Origin: Azolla caroliniana
Lineage: Eukaryota; Plantae; Polypodiophyta
Assembly (NCBI GenBank): GCA_043228905.1
Contig: JBHGNT010000008.1
Span: forward strand, 2,480,001 to 2,544,000
Length of the DNA stretch: 64,000 bases
Direction: 5' to 3'
The stretch's first letter is position 1, and each line of letters begins with the position of its first letter. A program made the translations under genes and the position numbers. Of this stretch, positions 39,531 to 51,697 are shown piece after piece. A model generated the notes under the pieces. It saw nothing but the letters and a program-made list of their open reading frames with translations, was not told the DNA's origin and searched no databases.

Positions 39531-39799
39531 GAGGTCGTTGCCTCTGTTGTAACCGCCGCCTGTGGCGAAGAAAGCAAGCTCGAGGTCGTTGCCTCGGTGC
39601 TTTACTATTGTACATTGTGATATAGTGATAGTTTGCAGTCTGTGGGCTGTCGTGGTTTTTCCCTAGTTTGGGTTTTCCACGTTAACATCCCGTGTACTCT
39701 TCTCTTTACTGTGTTGTGCGTTCATTACCCGTTTCCCATGTTTGATTCTAGCCTCGGTTGTGGCCGACCGTTGTTCATCGGGATCGTGTATTCCTGTCA
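39094..39799 (+). repeat. 5' LTR of Copia-1 with ~41-bp tandem repeats in U3
   Basis: GAGTACCCGGC(A/T)ACGGAAGACCCGGTGAGAACCGGATG units, TATAAATA and (GA)n; near-identical to 48088-48789. Confidence 0.95.
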
Positions 39800-42547
39800 A
39801 AGTGGTATCAGAGCGAAACGACACAGAAAAATGGACGATTCGTTGGGAGGCATGTTCAAGCTCACCGGCTCCAACTATTCGGTGTGGAAGTCGAAGATGA
39901 GGGACATGCTCGTGGTTAAAGATCTTTGGTTGCCGGTTCAGTTCGGGGACAAGAGACCAGACAAAATCGACGCCACGATATGGGAGGTGATGCACATGAA
40001 GACAACGGCGTACATACGGTGCTTCATCGACATGAGTCTATACAACAACTTCAATGAAGAGAGCAAGGCTCATGAGCTCTGGGAGAAGATTGACATTCTG
40101 TTTCAAAACAAAAATGTTGTTAATCAGGTTTTGGTATTTCGGAAGCTAGTAAGACTTCGGTACCAAGATGGCTCCAACATGGTGGAGCACGTGAATGTCT
40201 TCCAGGAGCTAATCCACCAGGCAACATCATTGGAAGTACCTCTCGCCGATGAGGTACTAGCGCTACTCCTGCTCAGTTCCCTCCCAGATAGCTGGGAGAC
40301 GTTGGTTGTCACTTTGGGCAACGCCGGGCCGGAAGGGAAACGGTTATCCCTAGCAAGAGTGAAGTCGAGCTTGCTAGATGAGGAGGCGCGTCGGAAAGAT
40401 AAGGATACGAGCTCTGACTCCAAAGCGCTCATTACTGAATCGGAACGCAGAAGACAAAGGAACTGTAGTCCCTAGAACCGGGAGAAGTCGAGGACACGGT
40501 CAAAGTCAAGGGGGAGGCCTACTTGCTTCTATTGCAGCAAGCCGGGACACTTCCAGAAGAACTGTCGGCACTTCCGAAAAGACAAGGAAATCGACAGTAC
40601 CGATTCGAAGTGGACATCGGACCGGAACAATAAAGACCGGAGGGGGACGGACCGGAAGGGAACGACGACAATCACGGCAAGTGAAGAACAATTGATGCTC
40701 ATCACCGAGGAGAGTGAGCTAAACCTTGTCGGCGACGAGATGACCTGGGTGGTCGACTCCGGAGCATCATTCCACCTTACCCCGGACCGGAAATGCTTCT
40801 CATTCTACTCAGTCGGTGATCACGGTTGTGTCCAGATGGGGAATGAAGGTACATGCCGAATTGTTGGCATAGGAGACGTGTGGTTGACAACACCAACCGG
40901 ATGCAAGCTGCTGCTGAAGGATGTCTGACACGTTCTAGAGGTTCGTCTGAACCTGATATCAGTCGATCGGCTAGATGATGAAGGCTACACGAGTAACATC
41001 CAGAACGGTGTTATGAAGTTCAGCAAAGTGAGCCTGATTGTGGCTCGGGCCAGGAAGGTCAACACGTTGTACCTGATGAATGCCCGGTTATGCCCAGAAG
41101 AAGTGAACGTGGCATCCGACATTGCCGGTGAGCTGTGGCACAAGAGACTGTGTCACATGAACGAGAAGGGGATGAAGAGGCTTGCAGAAGACAACCTCAT
41201 TCCAGTGAAGAACGTGCACTTGGAGAAGTGCACTGATTGTCTGGCTGGTAAACAAAACCGGACCTCCTTCCGATCAAGGCCACCGATGAGATGTAATGCA
41301 CCACTAGAGTTGGTGCATACTGATGTATGTCAAGTGGACACGAAGTCACATGCCGGATCTTAGTACTTCGTGACGTTCATAGATGACCACAGCTGGAAGC
41401 TGTGGGCCACACCGTTGAAGACGAAGGATCAGGTGTTATCCGTCTTCAAAGAGCTCCACGCGAGAGTGGAAAGAGAAACCGGCCGGAAGCTGAAGGCAAT
41501 TCGAGTAGATAACGGAGGTGAATACCGGGGGCAGTTCGAGGAGTACTGTCGCTCGAAGGGAATCCGACTCGAATTTACCGTGCCGAAAACGTCGGAACTA
41601 AACGGGTTGGCCGAGAGGATGAACCAGACCATAATGGAGAGGGTCTGGAGTATGCCGGCGCATGCAAAAATTACCCAAGACGTTTTGGGCTGAGGCACTG
41701 TCGACAACGACGTATGTGATAAACAGATCACCCTCAATGCCCTTGGATGGAGACACGCTGCAGAAGGTATGGACCGGTAAGGAAGTGTCCTACCGGCATC
41801 TGAAGGTGTTCGGGTGTCTCGCATACGTGCATGTTGCTAAGGACCGGAGAGGAAAGTTGGATCCAAAGACCCGGCCATGCATATTCCTCGGATATGACAA
41901 TGATGAGTTCGACTACCGAGTGTGGGATCCGGTTGACAAGAAGGCTTTCCGGAGTCGAGATATTATCTTCATGGAGGACAAGACCCTTGCCGACTGGGAG
42001 TTGGAGAAGAAGATAATGAACTCCGATGAGATTCAGACACACCCGGCTAAGAGCCGGTTGACACTCGACGAACCAACCGGTTATAGTGAGGATACCGAAC
42101 CGGCAGAAGAAGAAGTAGAGGAAGCTGAAATCGGAACCGGCCAAGACCCCGAATCGGATTCGGATGAAGAACAAATAGTGGAGCCGGTTGCCGAAAGCCA
42201 AAGACGGAGATATCCTCTTAGAGAGAGAAGGGCCCCCCGGAGATTTCCGGATGCAGAGCATGTGTTGTTGACCAATGAGGGAGAGCCAGAAAGCTTCAAA
42301 GAAGCGAAGGATGACACCCACAGCCGCAAATGGTTAAGTGCCATGCAGGATGAGATGGATTCCCTGCATGAGAACCATACGTACGAATTGGTGGAGTTGT
42401 CGAAAGGAAAGCGGGCACTCCGAAATAAGTGGGTGTACAAGTTGAAACCGGGAGATGCCGACAACCCCCCAAGATACAAAGCCAGGATCGTAATGAAGGG
42501 GTTCCAACAGAAGAAGGGCGTGGACTTCGACAAGATATTTGCCCCGG

Positions 42548-45500
42548 TGTCGCGTTGTTACACGCGTGCGTGTAGAAGGGCGGGACCACAGGGGTCTCGG
42601 ATGAGGGAAGGAGGGAAGCCGAGAAGACAATTCCGGACGCGTTCTGGAAGCAACCGAACGAGAGAGAGAGGAAAAGAGGGAGCGCACGCTTGACACCGAC
42701 TCACACACACACACACACACACACCACACCGACCCAACTCACGCCCTTATGTACAGGAAACGCAAGGAAAGGAAGCACCCGACACCAACAGAGACACGAA
42801 TATGCACAGACAGACGCAAATGTATATATTACAAGAAAACAAATACATCCTCGGCTTTGAGCCGGACCAAGGTAGGTTATAGCAGCGGTCTGTTGCCAAG
42901 CCGCCGATCGGGGAGCTCACGGGCTTGTTGCGCCGAGCGGGGTCTTGCGCAGGAGGTTGAGCTGAAGCAAGCTGCAACAGGGAGAGATACAACCCCAGCC
43001 GCGAGCCGGGTACGCACAAGAGAAGAAGAGTTAACCTAATAGCTTTCCCGCCATAGCTACTGCTCGACTCCTCAAGAAGAAGCAGAAAGAAACGAAGAAG
43101 AGAAAGGATGTCGCTAACCCTAGAAAGAAACACAAAACGGTATACCCTTAAGACTAAAAAATGGGCAACCCCCTCGAAGAGGGGCGCTCCCTCCCTTTTA
43201 TAGAACAAGGAGAGGGATGCGTTACAATGTGGGATAAATCCCGACTTAATTATTGTTCGGCGCCATAAAGGTGCCCTTGTTATTCACACTAAATGTACAA
43301 GGGTGAGCGCGCATGCTGCACCCCACCGATGTGGCCAACATTTCCCGGTTTCCGCCTCTAGCCGAAATTCTTCACGACATCCGCCCCCACCAAACCGCAC
43401 ATCCACTGGTACGTGCCAAACCTGGTGAAGGGTGAGAGATTTCGGCCGGTGAGAAACCAATCTTCCGTAATCCGCATCCCGGCTCGATGCCGGTTTGAAT
43501 CGTCGGTTGCGGTTCTTCCTTCGCGCTTACCTCCCCGTAGCCTCATTCGACCCGTCGAGGGGTCCTTCGCCGCGATCTCCGTAGTACGCGTACTCCCGTT
43601 GGCCCTTGTTCAGCCGTATGCATGCTCCGCTCTCCGCCGTATGCCCGATGTCCTCCATTTGAGGAACACCCGTGGTGACCCGCCTGGCCTCCATCGACCA
43701 TTCGCGTGGTCCTGGTCGTCATCCCGCGTTGTTCCCCACTGCCTTCGTCCCCTCGCCGCCACCTTCCTTCTCCTTGGTCTTACGTCACCATGTCGGCTCG
43801 GACCGCCAAGGTCTCCAGAACGGTGTGGAGGATCCTTCTCCGGTCTTCCACGCGTGACCCCCGAACCGTGTGCAACCCATTCTTCGCGCTCGCCTTTCCG
43901 CTCTGGCACCTCCGTGTGCCGTCTTCCACTTCCTTCGTTCGGCACCGCCCGTGCCGAACACTGTCTCGTAGTCACGCTTCGATCCGGCCTGCGATGGCCA
44001 CTTGCGAGACTCTTGTTCCGACCCCAAGTGTGCCTTTCCAGCCCAACACACCTGCCCGTGTTTGCCCCTACCGACTCCTTCCGTAACCGATCGGTAAGGG
44101 CTTCGCACTTCGTTTGCCCCGTCTTACCGACCTTTGTCGATGTCGGGTTCCGTTCCTTGCTGCCACCTTCCTTCTCCCTCGGTCTTACGTTGCCACGTTG
44201 GCCGAACAACCGGAGTCTCCGGAACCGATGTGAAGATCCCATAGGACCGGACTTCCTTATGCCCGTGACCTTGACGGTAGGTCCGATTCGGTTAGTAGCC
44301 GCCTCGTCGGCCTGATACCTTCCTTCTCCTCTTTCTGTCGTCCGAACACGTTCACCTGCCGCCACCATCCTTTCCTATAGGACTCACGCCGGCTCTCGGG
44401 CCGACTGCCGGGTCAGTGGGAGGATCTTTGTGGGACCTCGGTTTGCCCGCCCTCAGTTCTTTGCCTTCATCCCCTAGCCACCATCGATCGTCACTCTAGG
44501 TCTCACGCCGGCTCTCGGGCCGACTGCCAGAGTCTCTGGAACCGGTGTGAAGGATCCTCCTTGGGCTCGTCGTATTTCGCCGTTTCCGCCCTTGTCCCCT
44601 CCCCACCACCGTCAGTATCTTGGTCTTACGTCGACCGCATTGCCGACTGCCGAAGTCTCTAGATCCAGTGTGAAGGATCCTCCTTGGGCTCCTCGTATCC
44701 TTGACCCTTCTCCCGGGTCTTCCTTCCTTCGCAAGCCGAGAAGGTGGCTCGCTCCACACCCTCTCCCGTGGTACCAACGTACCGTGTTCTCGGCCTCTTC
44801 ATAGGCCTGCTCTCTTCCTCCCTCCCGGAATGGTTATCCGGGAGTCCGCTCCGCCCGGTTCTCGTTCGGGTCCGTTCGTCAATCTTCGGATTGCCGGGTC
44901 CCGTTCTCCTATCGTCACCGACCTCTCCTATAGGACTCACGCCGGCACTCGGGCCGACAGCCGGATCGGTGTGAAGATCTCATGGGACTGGCCTTCATTC
45001 TCCTCTTCATCCCTTGTACTTCTGCCGAACTCGTCATCGCTTTCCTTGCTGTGTTCCAGCCTCAATCTTCCATCTCTTTCGGTCTTACATTGCCCCGTCG
45101 ACCGAACAGCCGAAGTCTCCGGATAGGATGTGGCGTAATTGATTTCTCAACGTCTTTCGGCGACTCATCCAGGCCACCGCCCCTTTTAGTGGTGTCGATG
45201 GATAGCATCCACTCTGTGATCAATCAAGCCCGCCTGAGCTTGATTCTCCAATGTCCGGAGTTTCGGCTCCGATGCTGACCTTGCCAGACTCTTTCTGAAC
45301 CTCTGATCACCCTTCTTCCAATTCTCGACATTCGCCCGGTCGGTCTTTCTCCCCATGTAAAAGAGGGTGGCTCGTCCCGAACCCTCTCTCGTATCGGCAC
45401 CCTCATGCCGAATACGGCCCCGATCGAACCATCCACGACCGGATTACGCTCCACCCGTATCGGAGCGTTGCGCCGTTGGGTCCCCGGTCGGGTCGTTCCT

Positions 45501-46317
45501 TGGTCTCTTCGTCGACCCTTTTGCGGGCCATCTCCCATCCATCTTCACTAGCATCGTGCCAGGACTCCTGGATACCGTCATCCATCTCCTCGGACTCACT
45601 TGGGCATAAGGGCCCGAATGCCGAGTTCTCCGGAATCGGGTTCGAGGGCTTTCGTCCGCTCCTTCCCCGTATTGTCTCGCCAGTGATTCTTGGTCTCTCG
45701 CCGCCGCCTTCCTCCTCTTGGGACTCACATGGGCACTCGGGCCCGACTGCCATCGTCTCGGGAGCAAGTGTGGGAAGGCACAAAGAATTGTTCGTCCGTT
45801 TTACGCCCTTGTCCGTAGCCACCGACTCTTCGTGGTCGGCGGTTGTCTTCTTACCGATCGCGCAAGCCCCGTCTGGGCTTGCTTCTCCAATGACCAGGGT
45901 TTCGGGCTGACACGCCCGACACCGCTGGTTCAAATGTTCCGATCCCGTGATCGGTATCTCGTCCTCGTCCTTGGTCGTTCTATCTCCGCAAGTCAAGAGG
46001 GTGTTTTGTTTCGCACCCTCTCCAGAAACGAAGAAGAGAAAGGATGTCGCTAACCCTAGAAAGAAACACAAAACGGTATACACCCTTAAGACTAAAAAAT
46101 GGGCAACCCCCTCAAAGAGGGGCGCTCCCTCCCTTTTATAGAACAAGGAGAGGGATGCGTTACAATGTGGGATAAATCCCGACTTAACTACTGTTCGACG
46201 CCATAAAGGTACCCTCGTTATTCACACTAAATGTACAAGGGTGAGCGCGCATGCTGCACCCCGCCGATGTAGCCAACATTTCCCGGTTTCCGCCTCTGGC
46301 CGAAATTCTTCACGACA
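42548..46317 (-). mobile_element. Non-coding LTR retroelement (LARD-like or deleted Gypsy-type) inserted antisense in the Copia-1 RT
   Basis: Splits IFAP|VVKMTSI. Termini TGTCG..CGACA with an imperfect 4-bp TSD CCGG/CCTG. Complete 3' LTR at 43379-42548 (832 bp) preceded by PPT-like GGTGGGGGCGGA. The 5' LTR is truncated to 46317-46024 (matches 43379-43088). The GC-rich interior has no recognisable gag/pol. Confidence 0.85.
43755..45780. repeat. Dispersed array of nine ~60-nt modules inside the nested LTR element
   Basis: GG(A/T)CT(C/T)AC....CCGA..GCC..GTCTC....GGTGTGAAGGATC at 43776, 44181, 44380, 44499, 44622, 44933, 45081, 45592 and 45721. Most are preceded by GCC(A/G)CC plus a pyrimidine run. 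Confidence 0.8.
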
Positions 46318-47139
46318 CCTGTAGTAAAGATGACCTCCATCCGGACAGTGCTGAGTATAGCGGCAAGCATGGACCTCGAGGTAGAGCAGTTAGACGTGAA
46401 GACGACATTCCTTCACGGTGACCTCGAAGAGGAGATCTACATGCAGCAACCGGAAGGATTTGTGGAGAAAGGGAAGGAGCACTTGGTTTGCCGGTTGAAG
46501 AAGAGCTTGTATGGACTGAAGCTGGCTCCCTGACAATGGTACCGGAAGTTCGACTCCTTCATGACAGATCAAGGGTACCACAAGACGCAGGCTGATCCTT
46601 GCGTGTTTGTGAAGAAGTTCGAAGGAGGTGACTTCTTGATACTCCTTCTATACGTGGACGACATGTTGATCGTCGGACGAGACCAAGCCAGAATACGGAT
46701 GTTGAAGAAGGCTCTGAACCGAACCTTTGCAATGAAAGACTTGGGTCCGGCAAGACAGATGTTGGGGATGCATATCATCCGGAACTGGCCAATGAAGCAA
46801 TTCTGGCTGTCACAGGAGAAATATGTGACAAAGGTGCTTCAGCGGTTCAACATGTTAGAAGCGAAACTGGTCGGATCGACACTCCCGGCAAATTGCAGAT
46901 CATCCGGTAAGCAAAGTTCGAAGACGAAAGCAAAGAAGGCTGATATGATGAAGGTTCCATATGCCTCTGCCGTCAGGAGCTTAATGTACGCAATGGTGTG
47001 TACCCGACCGGATATAGGATACACAGTCGGAGTGGTGAGCCGATTTATGAGCAATCCCGGCAAGGAGCACTGGAACGCGGTCAAATGGATACTCCGGTAC
47101 CTGAAGGGCACTTCAAATATGTGTCTCTGATTCGGCTCC

Positions 47140-47849
47140 GGTAAAATGAACGACACGAAGAAGAGACGAGTACGCAAGATGTTTACGTGGAAAACCCAAA
47201 CTAAGGGAAAAAACCACGGCAGCCCACAGGCTGCAAACTATCACTATGCTAGAATGTACAACAGTGAGTTCACGGAGGCAACGACCTCGTGCTCACGATC
47301 CTCGCCACAGGCGGCGGTTACAACAGAGGCAACGACCTCTTTCTCTCTCTCTCACTCTGTACACAGTTCCACACACTCTCTTCTTACGCCAACAAGAAAA
47401 ATCAACAACAACAGTATCTAAAAGTTTGCCCTAAGTCATATTTATACTAATATGACTTTTCGGCTATTTACAAAATATAGCCTCGATGGACTCTCAGAAA
47501 CATATTTACGAATATGTGTCTTCATCCGGTGAGCATTCCTCACCGGGTCTGCACCATCCGACTCTCCGTAGCCGGGTACTCCTCATCTTGTTCTCACCGG
47601 GTCTGCACCATCCGGCTCTCCGTAACCGGGTACTCCTTATCCAGTTCTCACCGGGTACTCCTTATCCAGTTCTCACCGGGTCTGCACCATCCGGCTCTCC
47701 GTAACCGGGTACTCCTCATCCGGTTCTCATCGGGTCTGCACCATCCGGCTCTCCGTAGCCGGGTTCCTCATACGGTTTCGGCCTCGGCCGAGTTTGTTCA
47801 TCAATACCGTTCTTCTCCCTTCCCATCCGGAGGGACCTGTCTCCCAACA
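47140..47849 (-). mobile_element. Inverted LTR of a sibling Copia family replacing most of Copia-1 RNase H
   Basis: The reverse complement starts TGTTGGGAGACAGGTCCCTCCGGATGGGAAG and follows the Copia-1 LTR with divergence. Its 3' end is missing. The host protein jumps from LRYLKGTSNMCL*FGSG to QSAIHLAKN. Confidence 0.9.
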
Positions 47850-48087
47850 CAAAGTGCCATCCACCTTGCTAAGAACGCAGCGTACCACTCCAGGACAAAG
47901 CACATCCAGCGTAGGTATCACTGGATCCGGGAGCGAGTAGAAGATCGAGAGTTCGCGTTGATGAAGATCCACACGGCCGAGAACAGGTCAGATATGCTGA
48001 CCAAAGTACTGATACCTGACAAGTTGGATGCATGTCGGAAGCGGATCAGACTAGTAAGACATCCCATGCCGGAGTGAAGGGGGAGTT

Positions 48088-48480
48088 TGTTAGGAAACAG
48101 GTCCCTCCGGATGGAAAGTGAGAAGAACAATGCTGATGGGGAACCGGATGTGGAGTACCCGGCTACGGAAGACCCGGTGAGAACCGGATGACGAGTACCC
48201 GGCAACGGAAGACCCGGTGAGAACCGGATGTGGAGTACCCGGCTACGGAAGACCCGGTGAGAACTGGATGACGAGTACCCGGCAAGAGCCGGATGGTGAA
48301 GGCCCGGTGAGAAATGCTCACTGGATGAAGGGATATATTCGTAAATATGTTTTCTGAGAGTCCATCGATGGCTATATTTGTAAATAGCCGATAAGTCATA
48401 TTAGTATAAATATGACTTAGGGCAAACTTAGTGTAGTAGTTGTCATTCTTGTTGGTGCAAGATTTGAGTGCATAACTGTG

Positions 48481-48520
<40 letters not shown>

Positions 48521-48789
48521 GAGGTCGTTGCCTCTGTTGTAACCGCCGCCTGTGGCGAAGAAAGCAAGCTCGAGGTCGTTGCCTCGGTGCTTTACTATTG
48601 TACATTGTGATATAGTGATAGTTTGCAGTTTGTGGGCTGCCGTGGTTTTTCCCTAGTTTGGGTTTTCCACGTTAACATCCTGTGTACTCTTCTCTTTACT
48701 GTGTTGTGCATTCATTACCCGTTTTCTGTGTTTGATTCTAGCCTCGGTTGTGGCCGACCGTTGTTCATCGGGATCGTGTATTCCTGTCA
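48088..48789 (+). repeat. 3' LTR of Copia-1
   Basis: TGTTAGGAAACAGG...TTCCTGTCA followed by TSD CTTGA. Confidence 0.95.
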
Positions 48790-49471
48790 CTTGACCCTAG
48801 TTCTCGTGTCTTAAAGGCTAACCTAATGGTAGCCCATTAATCACGACTCTCCCTATGAATACCTTTGCCTGAGATGGCAAATGGGAATGCCAACTATGTT
48901 GGAATATATGCCACCACCTTCCATTTGACTCACATAAATTCCAGACCCTTCCTCCTTTAGACGGAAACCAAGATAATGATGTCATTGCATGATGATACAA
49001 TATATTTCTATGACTCATAACTAGAGCATACTATCCTATAACCCCCAATCCACCCAAGGCGTAACATTTATATTGTAACTTCTCCCAAATAATTCCATAA
49101 TTTGGGGGAATACATAACTACCGTTTAGCATCTTCAAATTTTGACAACCTTGGGATTCGTTATCAACCACATCTCCCCAAGTCTACAACCCTCAATCAAA
49201 ATAAACAATTAAATTGAGATTGCAACTTCTCTTTTCCATGTCAATGCAACAATAAAAAAGAAACGAGCAATTCCTTTCGTAATGAATTACCAAGTTCTTG
49301 ATTACTTGACGGTTCCTACTCATAAAAAGATAATGCATATTGTCATGACCTTACCAATTGTTGCACACATACGTAATATTGAATATTTAGAGGAATACAT
49401 CCATTGAGCAATGACCATCATGATGCTTGAATCTTAGTTATCCCATGTGTAAAAGTTTATATGCGAAAGCT

Positions 49472-51649
49472 TGTGGACAAACCGGCTTAGCCGGATAGCA
49501 ACAAAGAATAAGCACATGTTTAATGGAAGCTTCAACACACATAGAATACATGAGAGAGACAGGGTGAGCAAAACAACATAAACTCAATTAAAAAATAATA
49601 ACCCTTTGTACATACAATGTGCTCAGTGAGCACTTTTATACGAGTCCTTAAAAGGTTTGACAAAAGTATTGACAAGTACTTCAATGCTCATACGAGCGAT
49701 TGACATTGATTCCTAAAAATATGCCTACATATTAGGCTAGATTCGTAGGCCTCTAACAGCCTACCGATTACAATCCGATCCGGCTCCTGGTTCTAGACTC
49801 CGATTCGGCTCTGGCATATTCAGCCGATCCGGATCTGGTTGAGCTTGTCCGCTCAAAACTCCCCCTCAAGCTCAACTTGAGATCGGATCGTAGTGTCAGT
49901 GTTTGTCTAGCTTTGCAATCAGCTTCTTCTGGCATCTTCTCACCTTGCTCGCGCACCTCGACCTTCTCGGTCGGCTTTTTTGCTCCCTTGGCCCTTGGCC
50001 TTTAGTTGATTCGGTTCCTCCGAATCAAACATCTCGACCAAATCGGTTGTCTCCGATTCATTCCCGCTCTTGTCCAAATTGGTTGTCTCCAATTCGTCTT
50101 CAACCTTCAGGCCCTTCACCACATCGGACCACGTCTAGGTCCTGGCCTTCATCCTCCGGTCAACTCTGTCCTTGACTATGTCGTCGCCGCCACTTGTTCC
50201 AACTTTATCGGATGTGCCGATTTCTTAAGTCGACTCGGCTTCGTTTTTCTTCTTGTCTCCCCCTATTTCGGCTTTGTCCTTCTCTCTGGTTGCTTGTCCA
50301 GTGCCTTTGCCTATTTTCTCGGTTTCTATTCCAGTTTGCTCCTTTCTCCCCCTCAAGTGTGGCATGTCGAGATGTTGAAGACCAAGCATTCCCGAAAAAT
50401 ATCGCAAATTGTTGGTTCCAAGTGCCTGGATGAAGATGTCGGCAACCTGTCGATCTATCCGGACATACCGAACTTCGACTTCACCACTGAGGACCCGTTC
50501 ACGCTTAAAGTGATAGTGCACTTCTATGTGCTTTGTGCATGGAACACAAGATTCTTGGCAAGTTGCGTGTTGCTCATGTTATCACAGTAGATCGAGATTG
50601 GAGTCAGTACTTTGATCCAAAGATCTTTTAGTAGCCGTCGAAGCCAAATGGCTTCCCAAGTGGGAACGGTAGTGCCCCGATACTCAGCCTCAGTGCTCGA
50701 TAGAGCCATAGTCAGCTACTTCTTGCTGCTCCATGCAATAGTCGCACTACATAGAGAGAACATGTAACCAGAAGTTGACCGTCGATCCGACACATCTCCG
50801 GCTCAATCGGCATCTGTATAACCGGTTTTTCGGTTATACTGTGTCGGTATAACAATCCCTTTTCCTTAGTGTTGCTAACATACCGGAGTATCCGGTGTGC
50901 GCATTGAAGATGCTCCACGGTCAGCTTCTGCATAAACTGATTGATCACCCCGACCCGATAACTGATGCTGGGTTGGGTGATAGTGAGATATATCCGACTT
51001 CTGACAATTTGTCGGAACCATTTCTCATTGCAGGCCAGTCCAGAGTTGGGACAAATCTTGAGGTTCCGATATAGGGATGCGGAGACCGGTCGGCAATCCG
51101 TCATGCCGAACTTGTACAACATATTCAGGACATAACGTCGTTGTGAGAGGAATATGCCATCAGGGGTATGGATCACTTTGATCCCGAGGAAATAATGAAG
51201 GTCCCCCAGGTCCTTGATTTCAAATGCTTTCGACAGTTGGAACTTCACTCAACCGATTTCAGTGAGTCCGGGTCTGGTGATGACTAGATCATCCACATAT
51301 AGCAGTATAAATACCAGACCGTCCAGACCTTTTCGATTGTTGAGAGATCAAGCTCAACTTAGTTTAGTTAGTTAGTCAACCATGTAACTTCGTAGTTACC
51401 TAGATAGAATCTAGTTAGAAGTGTTGATTATAACGCTTTAAATAGGACCTTGTACTTAAGTGGGATATTCTAGATCCTCCACTCCCAAGTACATTTAATA
51501 TAGGACTTACACCTTTGTACTTGTATTATCCTCACACATGTGCACCCTTGCACATGAGATCTATATATACCTCATTGTAGGTATTTTTGTATTTGATGAT
51601 GATAATGCTAATTTAATATAGTTACTCATCCCCCATCTTGTGTTGTTCA

Positions 51650-51697
<48 letters not shown>

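Larger units (their letters stand above)
39831..48077 (+). pseudogene. Copia-1 gag-pol pseudogene
   Basis: MDDSLGGMFKLTGSNYSVWKSKM start; ORF pieces at 40692, 41013, 41370, 41662, 46330 and 46561; tail QSAIHLAKNAAYHSRTKHIQRRYHWIRE. In-frame stops at ~40473, 40926, 41361, 46531 and 47128; interrupted at 42548-46317 and 47140-47849. Confidence 0.93.
39094..48789 (+). mobile_element. Full-length decayed Ty1/Copia LTR retrotransposon (Tnt1-like) with two nested insertions
   Basis: LTRs 39094-39799 and 48088-48789 (TG..CA). TSD CTTGA on both sides. PBS TGGTATCAGAGC (tRNA-iMet) at 39803-39814. PPT GAAGGGGGAG before 48088. Domain order is gag, zinc knuckle, PR (WVVDSGAS), GAG-pre-integrase, INT, RT (YVDD), RNase H. 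Confidence 0.97.

Noticed and set aside
42548-43379. Classical retrozyme (suggested by the 4-bp TSD and non-coding LTR element)
   Set aside because: I found no CUGANGA..GAAA hammerhead in the LTR on either strand, and the element is much larger than described retrozymes.
43755-45780. CRISPR array interpretation of the repeat-spacer pattern
   Set aside because: Eukaryotic context, repeats too long and divergent, spacers irregular, no cas genes.
43413-46146. Long ORFs (300, 252 and 247 aa) in the nested element as genes
   Set aside because: They overlap on both strands in GC-rich sequence, are rich in R/P/S/G and show no recognisable domain.
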